A stretch of 64,000 bases of DNA from the NCBI GenBank assembly GCA_963693365.1, contig CAVNZM010000017.1, forward strand, positions 5,694,708 through 5,758,707, read 5' to 3'. Below are positions 40,829-64,000 of the stretch, piece after piece (position 1 is the first letter of the stretch; each line of letters opens with the position of its first letter). This stretch comes from Amoebidium appalachense (taxonomy: Eukaryota > Protista > Ichthyosporea). The translations under genes were made by a program, and so were the position numbers. Below the pieces are notes generated by a model. It did no database searches and was not told where the DNA came from. It saw only the letters and a program-made list of their open reading frames with translations.

Positions 40829-42774
40829 GTACTCCCCCCCCCGTCGGACTGAAACACCTGCATGGGAACACCGTGTTGGGTAACCGCCGCCTTGTGGTAC
40901 GTCACATATGCAGCCAGTGTGTCCGACTTCTTGACGAGGGGCACGGCCGTGGTGTGGCCGGTGAATTCGTCGTGGAACGTCGCCAAGTACTGAGCACCAC
41001 CGATCGCGGGAGGGAAGGGGCCGCTGATGTCGCTGTGAACCTTGGCTAGGACCCGGGGAGCTTGGCTAGTTGATTCGGAGAAGGCAACACGGTGGGCTTT
41101 GCCGAGGGCACAGGGCTCACACACACCCGGAGACTTGGCACCGCCACCCACCAACAGGCCTGCAGACTTGATGACCGAGCGTACAGCGTCAATGCCAGCA
41201 TGGCCCAGACGGTAGTGCCACGTGTTGAGGTCGGCAGTAACCTTGAGGATACGCGGAGCAGTGGTGGTTTGGGCGTCCGGGGTTGTGTCCGCGCGCAGAA
41301 GAGACACCGCCATGTGGTACAGCTTGGTGCCGACAGCCGAGCCGGTGGCCAGAATTTGATCGCCGTAGCACAACTTAACGCCGCCGCGGGTGTCAAAGCG
41401 GGGTAAAACACCGTTGGTAGTTGCCGTGAACACACTGATGAGAGTGTCGGGGATGGAGGGCACGTAGAGTACATCCGTCAGCTGATGCACCGCAGTAACG
41501 CCGTCGATGGTGCTGGAAAAGAACACGTCGCCCACCCCAAGCACTGCACATGCACCCTTGTCGGCTACTTGGACCGTGGAGTAAGGCGCCGCACGCATGT
41601 TGATGAACACATCGGGCCGGGGGCACACATGGTCAGTGGCTCCAGAGTCGAGGAGCACCTTGTTGGTGCCACAGTCGTTGCTAGACATGAGGAAAGCCCG
41701 GGGAGCGGCAGCCCCCCCCTTGCACTGTGCCGTAGTGTGGGTAGTAGAGGCAGGGTCGTTGATGCAGGACCCAGGCGGGAGGGGACCACCCTTAGGTTTG
41801 CGGCCGTTGGCACGGTTGCCCCCCTTGCACATGGCGGTAGTGTGACTGGTAGACAGTGGGTGGTTGACGCAGGAACCCTTGGGGTAGGTGCTGGCACGGT
41901 TGTTGCCAGAGTTGCTGTGTTGGCCGTTGCCGTTGGGGCACTGAGACTTGATGTGGCCTGGTTTGCCGCAGCCGTGGCAGATGACAGGTTGAGGAGCCCG
42001 TGTGGTGAAGGCGGCCGGCCCGGAGCTGGTAGTCACACGTGCACGTGGGTGGCTGGTCTCATATGCCCGTAGCTGTTGGAGGAGGCCCATCACGGTAGGC
42101 TTGGGTGTCATCTTGTAGGCAATTACAGGCATTTCGTAGTAAGGCACCTTGCCGAGGTCGTTGGTGAGCTTGGTCAGCACTTGAGCATCACCAATTTGTG
42201 TGCCGTAATCGGCCAGGCGCCGCACGTAGCCGCGGAGTTTCATGGCGTATTTCGTCGCGGTGTCCGTAGGTTCAGGCGTAGAATTCATGTACAGCCCGAT
42301 AAGGTCGTACTGATTGGCCTCAGATTGCTCCAGGTAGTGGGCAGATAGGGCCGACCATATCTCCGCAGGTGTGGTGGTGCGTGTTAACCCTAGGATACAA
42401 CGCACGTCAACCGAGAGTGCTTGCCACAGGTAGGAACGGGCAGTGTCGACCTGTTCACGGGTAGCCGGGTGCTCCGTACTGGGCGCGATGGTGTGGAGAA
42501 GACCAGCACCAGAAAGCTGGACATACATGGTTTCGGCCCATGTGTGGTAGTCCGTGCCTGAATCATTATCAATGCCAGTGAAGAGAGGGATGTCGACCTT
42601 GAACTTGATGGAATCATTACGTGAGGGGCCCATAACCCTGTTGGACATTGTGTTCATAGAAGCTAGTTCTAGTGCACGTTGTTCCTTCTGTAAGTCAGAA
42701 ATGATTGCATCTTGTGAGGCCAACCTCTGCTCCAGTAGTTGGACTAGTTGCTGCAACTGTAAGTTGTCAGACAT
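40729..42774 (-). CDS. Copia gag-protease-integrase N-terminal part; joins the downstream ORF across a G-run at 40834-40842
   Basis: CHGCGKPGHIKSQC knuckle, protease LLDSGATDH, integrase WHYRLGH...CEPC, HSDISGP, QSDGGG. One extra G would give the canonical SDGGGEY and a single polyprotein. Confidence 0.95.
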   Translation of the reverse strand: MSDNLQLQQLVQLLEQRLASQDAIISDLQKEQRALELASMNTMSNRVMGPSRNDSIKFKVDIPLFTGIDNDSGTDYHTWAETMYVQLSGAGLLHTIAPSTEHPATREQVDTARSYLWQALSVDVRCILGLTRTTTPAEIWSALSAHYLEQSEANQYDLIGLYMNSTPEPTDTATKYAMKLRGYVRRLADYGTQIGDAQVLTKLTNDLGKVPYYEMPVIAYKMTPKPTVMGLLQQLRAYETSHPRARVTTSSGPAAFTTRAPQPVICHGCGKPGHIKSQCPNGNGQHSNSGNNRASTYPKGSCVNHPLSTSHTTAMCKGGNRANGRKPKGGPLPPGSCINDPASTTHTTAQCKGGAAAPRAFLMSSNDCGTNKVLLDSGATDHVCPRPDVFINMRAAPYSTVQVADKGACAVLGVGDVFFSSTIDGVTAVHQLTDVLYVPSIPDTLISVFTATTNGVLPRFDTRGGVKLCYGDQILATGSAVGTKLYHMAVSLLRADTTPDAQTTTAPRILKVTADLNTWHYRLGHAGIDAVRSVIKSAGLLVGGGAKSPGVCEPCALGKAHRVAFSESTSQAPRVLAKVHSDISGPFPPAIGGAQYLATFHDEFTGHTTAVPLVKKSDTLAAYVTYHKAAVTQHGVPMQVFQSDGGGSTWARPSGTTTVSMAFAIRSLPPALLNRMGLPND
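42627..42638 (-). promoter_or_regulatory. Primer-binding site GGGTTATGGGCC(C), of the type complementary to an internal tRNAi-Met half-molecule
   Basis: Immediately internal to the 5' LTR; same core as the Drosophila copia PBS. Confidence 0.8.
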
Positions 42775-43403
42775 AGTGTCGTGTATGATGGGTAACTAGT
42801 CTATGTGTTTTGTGCACTGGAAACGACAGTAGAAAAGTGTAAATCAAACGTTCTGCTTCCCATGTTTGTGACATGGGAGGCACTGCTTTATATAGTCGTT
42901 GGCCACCTCATGGTGGCCTCGTGTGCACCCTGGTGGTGGGCCATGTACAGCATGGCCGAAAAGAGAGCACAATGAAAACAAGTCGTTAAAGATATAAAAG
43001 TTAACTGTGCACGTTGAGTGGCTAGTTAACTTGCACTAAAGCACACAAATAAACGTGTTTAACACACCAATTGCAGTTAAACGTAAATCTTGCTTCACAC
43101 AACTAAAAATATTCTGAGAATATCCGGGAATAAAGCACACTACCACTCTAAGAATAGAATCCTGTGGCAAATATAGACATGACATCATCTGAACCGGGAA
43201 TATTAATTAATGAGCACAATTAGCACGTTGCTAGTGAAGCTCGTCATTGGTACAGTTTTGGCTCAAACATATAACTACCATATATGAATATGACCGTAAA
43301 CAAAAGCTCTATGCACTCGAGTGAGTGTTGAAACAGTTATTCAATTGCTCAGAAACTTTCTCTAACAGACATTGCTAGCCGGGAGTACCAGTGTACTCCA
43401 ACA
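42639..43403 (-). repeat. Copia 5' LTR, containing a TATA box (~42885-42893) and the gag ATG (42774)
   Basis: Direct repeat of 37526-38290; TATATAAAG on the minus strand ~115 bp upstream of the ATG. Confidence 0.96.
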
Positions 43404-43833
43404 GGGGGGGGGGGGGAGGGGGGGGGGGGGGCAGCAGGGCCCCGGGGGGGTTAGAGTAGGGCAGCTGGGCCCGAGTGAGGGTTGGCAGGGAGGGCAGCGG
43501 GGCCCTGTGCAGGGGAATGTGCCCGAGCACGCGGGGGTGTGGGCGGACACAGAGGTAGAAGAAGGGGGGGGGAGGGAGTGCTAGGTGAGTGTAAGGGGGG
43601 GGGGGAGGCTCGTGGGATGGGGGGGGAGTAAAATTATGTGCAGTGGCCAGAATAAACGTCTTTGTGTAGGGACATTTATTCTTGACGCGCGCGGGCGCCG
43701 TAGTTGGCCTGCGAAAATTTTGTACTCAGCCCTATTGGCCCGTTCTCCCGAGCTCCGTTTCCCTGTACTCGTGTGTCCTAGCTCCTAACCCCTATGTTCT
43801 AGCTGTGTGACACTGTGTGGGTGTGCGCGTAGA

Positions 43834-45003
43834 CTAGGCATTGAGCTTGCAGTCTTTGCGGGGGTGTGTGCCAGAGCAGAGCGGGCACACGTGGGAGAAG
43901 GGGCAGGGCTGCTTAGCGCAGGACCGACCGTTAATGTGGAAATTCCTGCAGTGCGTCGCGGGTAGATCCACGGGTCGGGCCGGTTTGGCCGGGCCGGGTT
44001 GCGGGCCAGGGCGGTTAGGGGTTTGACCCCCGCCGGGCTTGTGGGGCGGTTTAAAGCCGTCAAGACCACAGCCGGGCTTGGGGTACATGGGGCAGGCCGC
44101 GCTGGGGTGGTCGGGGAAGCCACAGCGCTGACATGCGTCCGGGATGAGCAGAGTGGGTGGCAGGAGGAGATCCTGGTGGAGTTGGGCGAGCAGGTTGGGA
44201 CACTCGATCGGGGCCCGACCCTGCTGGTGGGCAACGGTTCGGGCGTATACGTCATAGTTGTGGATCTGGGCCCACGGGTATCGGGTGCTGAGGCGAGTGA
44301 TGTGCTGAGTCCAAAGTACGTCTTTGTCCGTGGGGAGGCCGAGGTGGTGCTTGGCGGCCATGTAATGGGTCCAAGCTTGGATCCAAATGACGAGTGAACG
44401 CAGGGGAACGGGTTTGTCTTGGCGAAAAGTCTCGATGCTGCCGTCGTCGGCCATGCGCAGATGCTGACCTTTCTTGGATGGGGCCAGGAGGGCGGCGGGG
44501 GTGAACTTATACAGGTCGACGAAACGATTGGCGCGCAAATCTGCCAGCACATCCGCGGGGGGAAGTGGGAGTGTGCCCGGCTGAATGTCGCCAGTGTTCT
44601 CACCTGTGATGGGGGGCGCGGGCAGGGCAGGTAGGTCTAGGTCAGGGCCGAGATGCAGCCCCGGGGAAACCTCCCCGGGTGCGGAGGGCGCGGCGGGGGG
44701 CGCGGGAGGGTCGCGGTTGGTGAGAGCAGCCAGGACGCCAGCCATCTGGGTGCTGATGGCGGTGAGGGCGGCAAGGACGGCGTCTTGAGAAGTCATCTGC
44801 GGGGACGGCGGGGCCTGAGGGGGGATTTCAGGAGGGGAGGGGAGACTAGCCGGCGGGTCCGGGTCCGTGGTGGTATGGGCCGCTGGAGGCGCGTCAGTGT
44901 CCGCGGGAGCGTTGGTCAGCCTGTGGCGGAGGTCGCTGCGGGTCAGGCGCTTGGGTGCCGCGGCAGGGGCGGTGGCTGAGGCCTGGCGCTTTTTCGGCGG
45001 CAT
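43834..45003 (-). CDS. Ngaro ORF1 (gag-like) with CCHC and CCCH/CCHC zinc fingers
   Basis: 389-aa ORF starting just inside A1; CQRCGFPDHPSAAC and CRNFHINGRSCAKQPCPFSHVCPLCSGTHPRKDC. Confidence 0.88.
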   Translation of the reverse strand: MPPKKRQASATAPAAAPKRLTRSDLRHRLTNAPADTDAPPAAHTTTDPDPPASLPSPPEIPPQAPPSPQMTSQDAVLAALTAISTQMAGVLAALTNRDPPAPPAAPSAPGEVSPGLHLGPDLDLPALPAPPITGENTGDIQPGTLPLPPADVLADLRANRFVDLYKFTPAALLAPSKKGQHLRMADDGSIETFRQDKPVPLRSLVIWIQAWTHYMAAKHHLGLPTDKDVLWTQHITRLSTRYPWAQIHNYDVYARTVAHQQGRAPIECPNLLAQLHQDLLLPPTLLIPDACQRCGFPDHPSAACPMYPKPGCGLDGFKPPHKPGGGQTPNRPGPQPGPAKPARPVDLPATHCRNFHINGRSCAKQPCPFSHVCPLCSGTHPRKDCKLNA

Positions 45004-45119
45004 GCTGACCGGCGGACGGAAAGATAGGGAGAGTGAATGAAAAAGAAAATATAGCTGTAAAGCTGTAGGTGCTAAACACAGAAGATGTGTTGTTGCTTGC
45101 TGATCTGCTAAAAACTGTC

Positions 45120-45200
45120 GTGCTTATATACCTACGGCTACCGAACTGAGCCAATCAAAACCGATCTAGTGTTATGTGAAATCTTATCCTGAGCCAATCA
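45120..45200 (-). promoter_or_regulatory. Putative Ngaro promoter in repeat A1: two CCAAT-containing ~43-bp subrepeats followed by TATATAA
   Basis: CTGAGCCAATCAAA at ~45146 and ~45189; GGTATATAAG on the minus strand at ~45123-45132; gag ATG at 45003. Confidence 0.55.
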
Positions 45201-45374
45201 AACTCGGTCTAGTGATCTGTGGAATCTGATGTTTTGATCGGCTAATAGGTGCCCGTATGCGGGCAGCCGAACGCGAACTGCTAAAACATGAAACGAAGCC
45301 TGTAGATATCGGACACCCATCCTACGTATTTACCCAGAAAAATATTTATGTCAATAATTTCCACAAATAAAACC

Positions 45375-54565
<9,191 letters not shown>

Positions 54566-54657
54566 GATGGGTGTTTGGGGGTAGGGGACGGGGAGGGGCA
54601 GGGGGGGGGGGGGGGGGGGGGGGGGGAGAGAGGGGGACGGTGTGTGTGTAATGGTGG

Positions 54658-54720
<63 letters not shown>

Positions 54721-55041
54721 CGCGCGTATGTGTCTGTGTCGTGTTTGTGTGCGCCGGCTGGCTTCTACTTACCAGCTTACTATTTCTAGTAGTATGCAAC
54801 TCATTTTCTTCCAAATTTCTATTTTGGTTTTATTATATATTTCTGGGAACAAGGTCGAATCCAATCTTTAGCCACCGTAGGTGTGAGTGGTGGCGCTTTC
54901 CTATAGTATGTTGTGGGGTTAAATAAAATGTATTATAATTACTATTGATAAAGGTTACCTTAATTTGGTGGGTGAAAATGGATCATCAATACACAAGCAT
55001 ATATAACCATGTGTTTCGTAAGACAATGTATATTTGAGTTT

Positions 55042-55610
55042 GGTTTTATTTGTGGAAATTATTGACATAAATATTTTTCTGGGTAAACACGTAGGATGGG
55101 TGTCCGATATCAACATAACCATGTAGGCTTCGTTTCATGTTTTAGCAGTTCGCGTTCGGCTGCCCGCATACGGGCACCTATTAGCCGATCAAAACATCAG
55201 ATTCCACAGATCACTAGACCGAGTTTGATTGGCTCAGGATCAGATTCCACTTAACACTAGATCGATTTTGATTGGCTCAGTTCGGTAGCCTTAGGTATAT
55301 AAGCACGACAGTTTTTAGCAGATCAGCAAGCAACAGACACATCTTCTGTGTTTAGCACCTACAGCTTTACAGCTATATTTTCTTTTTCACCCACCCACCT
55401 ACACCCTACATTCAACCCCCATTGATCCCCACATACGTGCTGTTTTTTCACGGGGCGAAGACTTCCCCCGTTTTTTGGGCACAAGGACCTCACGGATCAA
55501 TAAAATTGATGACTGGGGGCTTGCCGTGGTTTACAACCATTGCAGGTTCACTTTCGTCCAAGGGGATGTCCCCCTAGAGGCAACACACGTCCCGGAGTAG
55601 TTTTCATAGA
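55042..55610 (+). mobile_element. Solo A-spacer-B derivative of the Ngaro element, inverted relative to the full copy
   Basis: Reverse complement of 34036-34594 with several substitutions and a ~10-bp indel. Same termini GGTTTTATT...TTTTCATAGA. No ORFs. Confidence 0.93.
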
Positions 55611-55631
55611 GGTGTATGATGGTGTAAAAAT

Positions 55632-55771
55632 ACATTTGATTTGGTGGGGGATAGTGTACATGTTTTTGATTTGTTGAATGTAGTGTATATACTTTTGATT
55701 TGGTGAGTGTTAGTGTATGTGCTTTTGATTTGGTGAGCGGTGGTGTGTATATATATCTTGATTTGGTGAGT
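55632..55771. repeat. Degenerate ~30-bp tandem repeat (TTTGATTTGGTGAG core), about 5 copies
   Basis: The core recurs about every 30 bp immediately after the solo Ngaro unit. Confidence 0.7.
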
Positions 55772-56063
55772 GACAACTTTGTTTATATGATACAATAGTT
55801 GACTTCATTTTATAGGTGGCCATGTATAGTTCACTTTGTTGAGTGACAATGGTAAATTATGCATCCGATTTGGCCACAAACATGAATAATAATACCCTTT
55901 ATAGTTACTACCACATATTGCATTGCAAACCCTTGCGCAATAACTGAGATGTAATTCATGCGTGCATGTGTGTGCGCGCGTGCATGCAAGTGGAAATGTT
56001 TGTGTGCACGCACTGTTACACACAGAAAAGCACACATGCGCACTTACACGGGCATGCGCATGT

Positions 56064-56094
<31 letters not shown>

Positions 56095-56513
56095 CCGTGT
56101 GTGTGTCTGTGTTTGACCCTGTGTTTTCGTGTGTGCGTGATTCTGTATGTGTGTGTGTCTGTGTGTGTGTGTGTGTGTGCCTGCGCGTGCGCGTGTGTGC
56201 GTGCGCGTGTGCGTGCGCGTGTGCGTGTACTTGTGCGTAAGCGTGTTTGGATGTGTGAGCGCCCGTGCGTGCGTAAGCCGCTTCTTGGTTGGTTATGTGT
56301 ACATGTTTATATTCAGTTTGTGCACGATGACACCGTGGTGACATAGTGGATATTTGTGTTTGTGTCTGTGTGCGTGTAATAATACTGTGTGTCTGCGCTG
56401 AGTGTGTGCATGTTGATGTGTGCGCGACTTGTGCGCATATATGTAGCGCATGTGTAAGTATGGCAGTCTGCAAATGTGCAAGTTGTGTGCATGTGTGTGT
56501 GTGTGCGCGCGCG

Positions 56514-56610
<97 letters not shown>

Positions 56611-56667
56611 GCGTGTGTGCGTGCGTGCGTGCGTGCATGTGTGCGTGTGTGCGTGTGTGCGTGCGTG

Positions 56668-56746
<79 letters not shown>

Positions 56747-56812
56747 CGTATGTGTGTGTGTGTGTGTGTTGTGTGTGTGTGTGTGTGTGTGACGTATGTG
56801 TATGTGTGTGTG

Positions 56813-56897
<85 letters not shown>

Positions 56898-56987
56898 GAT
56901 GGGTGGGTGTGGGTGTGTTGTTTGTGTATGTGCGTGCAGGCTGCCTGGGTCTGAGCACGGGTGTGTGGGGGGAGAGGTGGTGGTGGT

Positions 56988-57019
<32 letters not shown>

Positions 57020-57916
57020 AGGAGTTTAGCATGCGGTACACATGGCAAAACCAAAAGAGGCGTAGTATGGTTCCCAGCGTGACCTATACTCCAACTGTTT
57101 TTTTGATTTTTTGTCAGTACAGGTCATGATTCCAGGCGAACTCAATTTTAGGAAAAGGGAATGGAGGGAGGCAGGCAAGGAGGTTGAGTGGGGGCAAGTG
57201 GGGAAGGGGGGAGGTGACGAAATGGACTTGAGAAGTTCATAATACATTCAATTTGGCGGTTACTGGGGGAGGAGGGGGATAGCTTAAGGTTTAGGGATAA
57301 CCATTCTTGGAGTAATGTGGTAAAGAGGGTGTGGGGTTTGTGGGAAAGGGGGAAGGGGAGGGGGGGGGGGGGGGAGGGTTCACGGTCTTGGCAACGAATC
57401 ATAGGGGAAAGATGATAACGTATGGGGGAGAGGGAGAGAGATTGGGGAAAGGTAGCGGATGGAAAATGCTCTAAATAGAGAAGTCACTCAGTTATATCAA
57501 TTGGAATCCCATACACAGCTTTTTGGGGCCCGGGAAAGGGAGGAGAGAAGGAGGAGGTGAGGGGAGATAGGAGGGGGGGGAGGGGGGGGGGAAGTATAGT
57601 ATGTCGCAGGGAGGGGGAGATGGAGGGGGGAGGAAGAGAGGAGGACGGGAGGGGTGGGGGAGGAGGGGTTAGAAAGGGGGTAGGGGAGATTTGGGGAGGG
57701 GGGAGAGAGGCGGGAAAGGGGGGGGGGGGGGGGGGGGGGGGGTTACCGTCGCCCTCCACCTTCAAAATATTTACGTGGATTGCCCCGTGCGCGAGCGCTC
57801 TCTACTCGTGATCTGTGTTAGAGGTGGAAAAGGGGAAACGATGTGGGGATAGGTGGTGAGGGATGGGTGGTGAGTGGAAGGGAGGGGGAGGGGGGAGGGG
57901 AGAGGGGGGGGGGAAG

Positions 57917-57977
<61 letters not shown>

Positions 57978-60470
57978 GAGGGGTTTAACGCGTTTATGGT
58001 GGGGAAGAATGTTACAGTAGTGCACAGGAGTTGTATAAGTTATAACAAATGTTTGTTTGTTTTTTTTGTTGTTTTTTTTGAGGGGGGAGGGGGGAGGGGG
58101 GGGGGGGGGGGGGGGGGGTAAAAAATAGTGAATGTTACGGTAATTTCATTTGGGAATCATGTTAACCGAATCCAGAGAAAGCTCTACACCTTTTCGTGAC
58201 ATTATTATTGGAGAGTGATGTGGCATAATATAGGGACTTAAGGGTAGGGTTATATCTCAGTTGTTAGCTTCTTTTTTAAGGATTTCAGGTTTGCTAAATG
58301 CTGATAGCAACCATGAACCACAGTAGCAGTAGAGTTCAGTAGCATCAATTAAAATTTTCCATGCTATCACGTGTGCCACGGTGAGCATGCCCCGTCCTTG
58401 AAACATTCACGTTTTTTTTTACCGTTGAGATGACCTGGGATATACTACGGTGTTAAAGCCCTCACCTTTCTTGAGCCACCAGAGATGCATGTTGAAATAA
58501 TTCTGCTTTTTGTTGAAAAAATTCCGCTCGGAGCAAGTTGGCTCTTCCGATGTGGCTGGGCCCTTCATATGCATGCATACAGGGTATCCCCTCTTATATA
58601 TTCAGCATGATTCAATCCATATCATAGCCCCTAGACTAGGTCTTTTTCTGGCCGGGCCTGGTGAAAACTTGCCCTATCATAGGCTACGACGTGCTATGCG
58701 TATATATGTCCAGTGTGCCGGGCCAGGGGGCTGGAGCTCTGTGGCCCATTATGATAAGCCAAGATTATTTCTGTTTTTCGACAAGCTTCTTGTAGAAGAT
58801 GTTTGGCCCGTATGTATGCACGAAGTCGACTGTACATGAGGCATCGTCGACCTTGCCACCCACATATGTGCACAGCACCCATGTGCACGTGCATGGCTCC
58901 CGCAAAGTTTGGGTACACTGTGCTTCAACTTCAACCTCATTATTCGAGGCATCATGTGCATTCCAATTGCATAAGTTTACTTGTAGAAATAGCTAGGGTT
59001 TATAGTGAATATTTATATTATCCGTGCTGCCTGCAAGGCCGGAAGGTCCATTTAGCGCGCCTGCCGGCATGCGCATATGTATACGGCGCTGTTCAAACTC
59101 GAAGAGGTTTTCATGGCCCTATGAACCCGGTACCCACTCGGGAAGGAGGGCAGTGCTCTTCCCCTCTTAACTATAAACTTATTGCTTATAGTCCGACTAG
59201 TTATCTCCATCATACATGAGCTGTAAGGATGAAAACCAGTGTTCCCGCAAGTACTTATTGCAGATCTGCGCTTTCTCACCTAGCCAATCATCAGCGGCAA
59301 AGCTTCAGCGACCATCATTCGAAAAAGCCAGATTATCCAATCATTCGACAGATATTGATCTAGCATTCATTTCCCCCACAACCCAGAGTGAGTCTGGAGA
59401 GCATAGCGTAGCAGCCTAGGGTGACTCGTCTGAGTCGCCTCTTCATCTCAGGACATGTATTTTTAGCTATAGCATGATGTGCCTGATTACAGAATGGGTT
59501 GTATAATGTTTCACCCATAAATGAAATAGTATTAATTAGTGACGTATTTTATAACAAGAAAAATTTCACGAACTCAAGAAATCTTGTAAAAAAAATCAAG
59601 CTTCAAACTCTAAGAGAAAGACACTTAGGTATTTAAGCCTTCTGGTTTAGGAATGGATATTGACTGCTCGAGGCTTCATTTTTCATGGTAATCTTCTTAG
59701 AAATTATAATATATAAAAAACTGTATCCATATGCTCATATAAACAGAACACCAAAATTCAGGGAGGGTTGTTGGTGGACAAGTTACGAGTCTCGGGGGAC
59801 CCCTGTAACATTGCCTTGACTTCATGAGATCATCGCCGTCAAAACACTTTATGTCTTTATTTTTATGTTTTGGCAAATGCGTTAACTATTTTATATTATC
59901 ACAAATTTATGTAATGAATGTAACCTACGTGGCATAGAAGGACGGTAGAGTACATGTGCAAGCATGCGTGTAAAAAGCGATGCGGCATTGCAATTGGCGG
60001 TTCTTTAGATCCAGATCTAGATCTCTAATGTGCATTAGATCTTCCGTGTGCCGTATGTGAACGCACTACAGTACACCACCGTAAGCAACGCAATGTGGGT
60101 CTCGGTCACTATTATGCAATGAGCTCGGGTCATACCATGAAGTGGGTTCCTTTCGTCACTCCGACGCTGCATTCCTAGTTCCTCTTTGATGAGCTTGTCC
60201 TTAACTTTTTCTCTTTTTCGTAGCCCACAGGGTGCACGCGCACGTGTGCTGGTATCGATTCCACACCCTTGCTCTGCAGTGGCAGGTGACTGACTCAGTT
60301 CGTGTTAGCTGCTTTTCATGCTAACCTCTCGGCATACATGGGTTATCCGGCACTTGCTAACTTAACTCGTGTAAGGCTGTGCATGCTGCTGCTGCGCAGT
60401 TTTGAAGTATCACAACACATTCAAAGTTTAATATATTACTAGTTGGGTTGGCCAGTGGTGGAGCAGAAAA

Positions 60471-63705
<3,235 letters not shown>

Positions 63706-63787
63706 GTATGTAAAATGGAGGGGGACGGAGGGTTTGGGGGGGGGGGGGGGGGGGAGGGGGAGGGGAGGAGGGGAGGGGGGGGGGGGT

Positions 63788-63821
<34 letters not shown>

Positions 63822-64000
63822 GGGGGTTCATGGTGTTTGCGTTCGTGCGTGCGTGCCTGCGATGCGCGTGTGCTTGCGTGTGTATGCATGTGTGTGCGTA
63901 TGCGTCCGTGCATTTGTGTGAGTGTGTGCGTGTTTGTGTGTGTGCGTGGTTGTGTGTCTGTGTGTGTGTGTGCGTGCGCGTACGCGCACGTGTGTGTGTG

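Larger units (their letters stand above)
37526..43403 (-). mobile_element. Full-length Ty1/copia LTR retrotransposon (hemivirus-type PBS) nested in the Ngaro element
   Basis: 765-bp LTRs at 37526-38290 and 42639-43403 with TGTTGGA...TCCAACA ends. Domain order gag-PR-IN-RT-RH. PBS GGTTATGGGCCC next to the 5' LTR, short PPT TGAGTAGGGG next to the 3' LTR. G-runs on both flanks. Confidence 0.97.
34036..45374 (-). mobile_element. Ngaro-type (DIRS order) tyrosine-recombinase retrotransposon with split direct repeats A1-gag-RT/RH-YR-B1-A2-spacer-B2; contains a nested copia element
   Basis: A repeats at 45038-45374 and 34258-34594; B repeats at 34595-34683 and 34036-34124. gag, RT/RNase H and YR ORFs are all on the minus strand. 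No TSD. No methyltransferase ORF seen. Confidence 0.93.

Noticed and set aside
40834-40842. Programmed gag-pol frameshift in the copia element
   Set aside because: It falls inside the integrase core motif SDGGGEY in a G9 run. A homopolymer error or simple indel is more likely.
38447-44979. Long plus-strand ORFs overlapping the retroelements
   Set aside because: They are antisense shadows of GC-rich minus-strand genes and carry no recognisable motifs.
58500-59420. Possible degraded coding sequence between RTK2 and the protease
   Set aside because: Only short or stop-interrupted frames and no motif I can recognise.

Overview
Eukaryotic, intron-rich genomic DNA with many poly-G/C and (GT)/(CA) tracts. 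The tyrosine-kinase content and intron style suggest a unicellular holozoan, but this is inference. Most short ORFs in the track are low-complexity artefacts. By-eye splicing gives four gene models or remnants. (1) RTK1 (+, 241-10146): a C-type-lectin receptor tyrosine kinase whose catalytic HRD reads HRG. (2) Decayed F-type lectin and GT61-like fragments, plus a decayed minus-strand multi-exon gene at 17.6-25.3 kb. (3) RTK2 (+, 30190-54565): a beta-helix (PMP-like)/Cys-rich receptor tyrosine kinase. (4) The 5' part of a secreted S8 subtilisin (+, from 60471). Exon 4 of RTK2 is interrupted, with no target duplication, by an Ngaro-type tyrosine-recombinase retrotransposon (34036-45374), and removing it restores the reading frame exactly. 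That element carries a very young Ty1/copia element (37526-43403) nested in a G-run. An inverted, ORF-less A-spacer-B copy of the Ngaro ends (55042-55610) lies just after the RTK2 stop. Other elements: a probable solo LTR, a TTAA-flanked MITE, a tail-to-tail pair of poly-T-ended elements, and a ~100-135 bp G-tract-flanked repeat family (at least 10 copies) with consistent orientation relative to host genes. Several introns have complementary G/GT and C/CA ends. Homopolymer lengths and single-base frameshifts in G/C runs may be sequencing errors.
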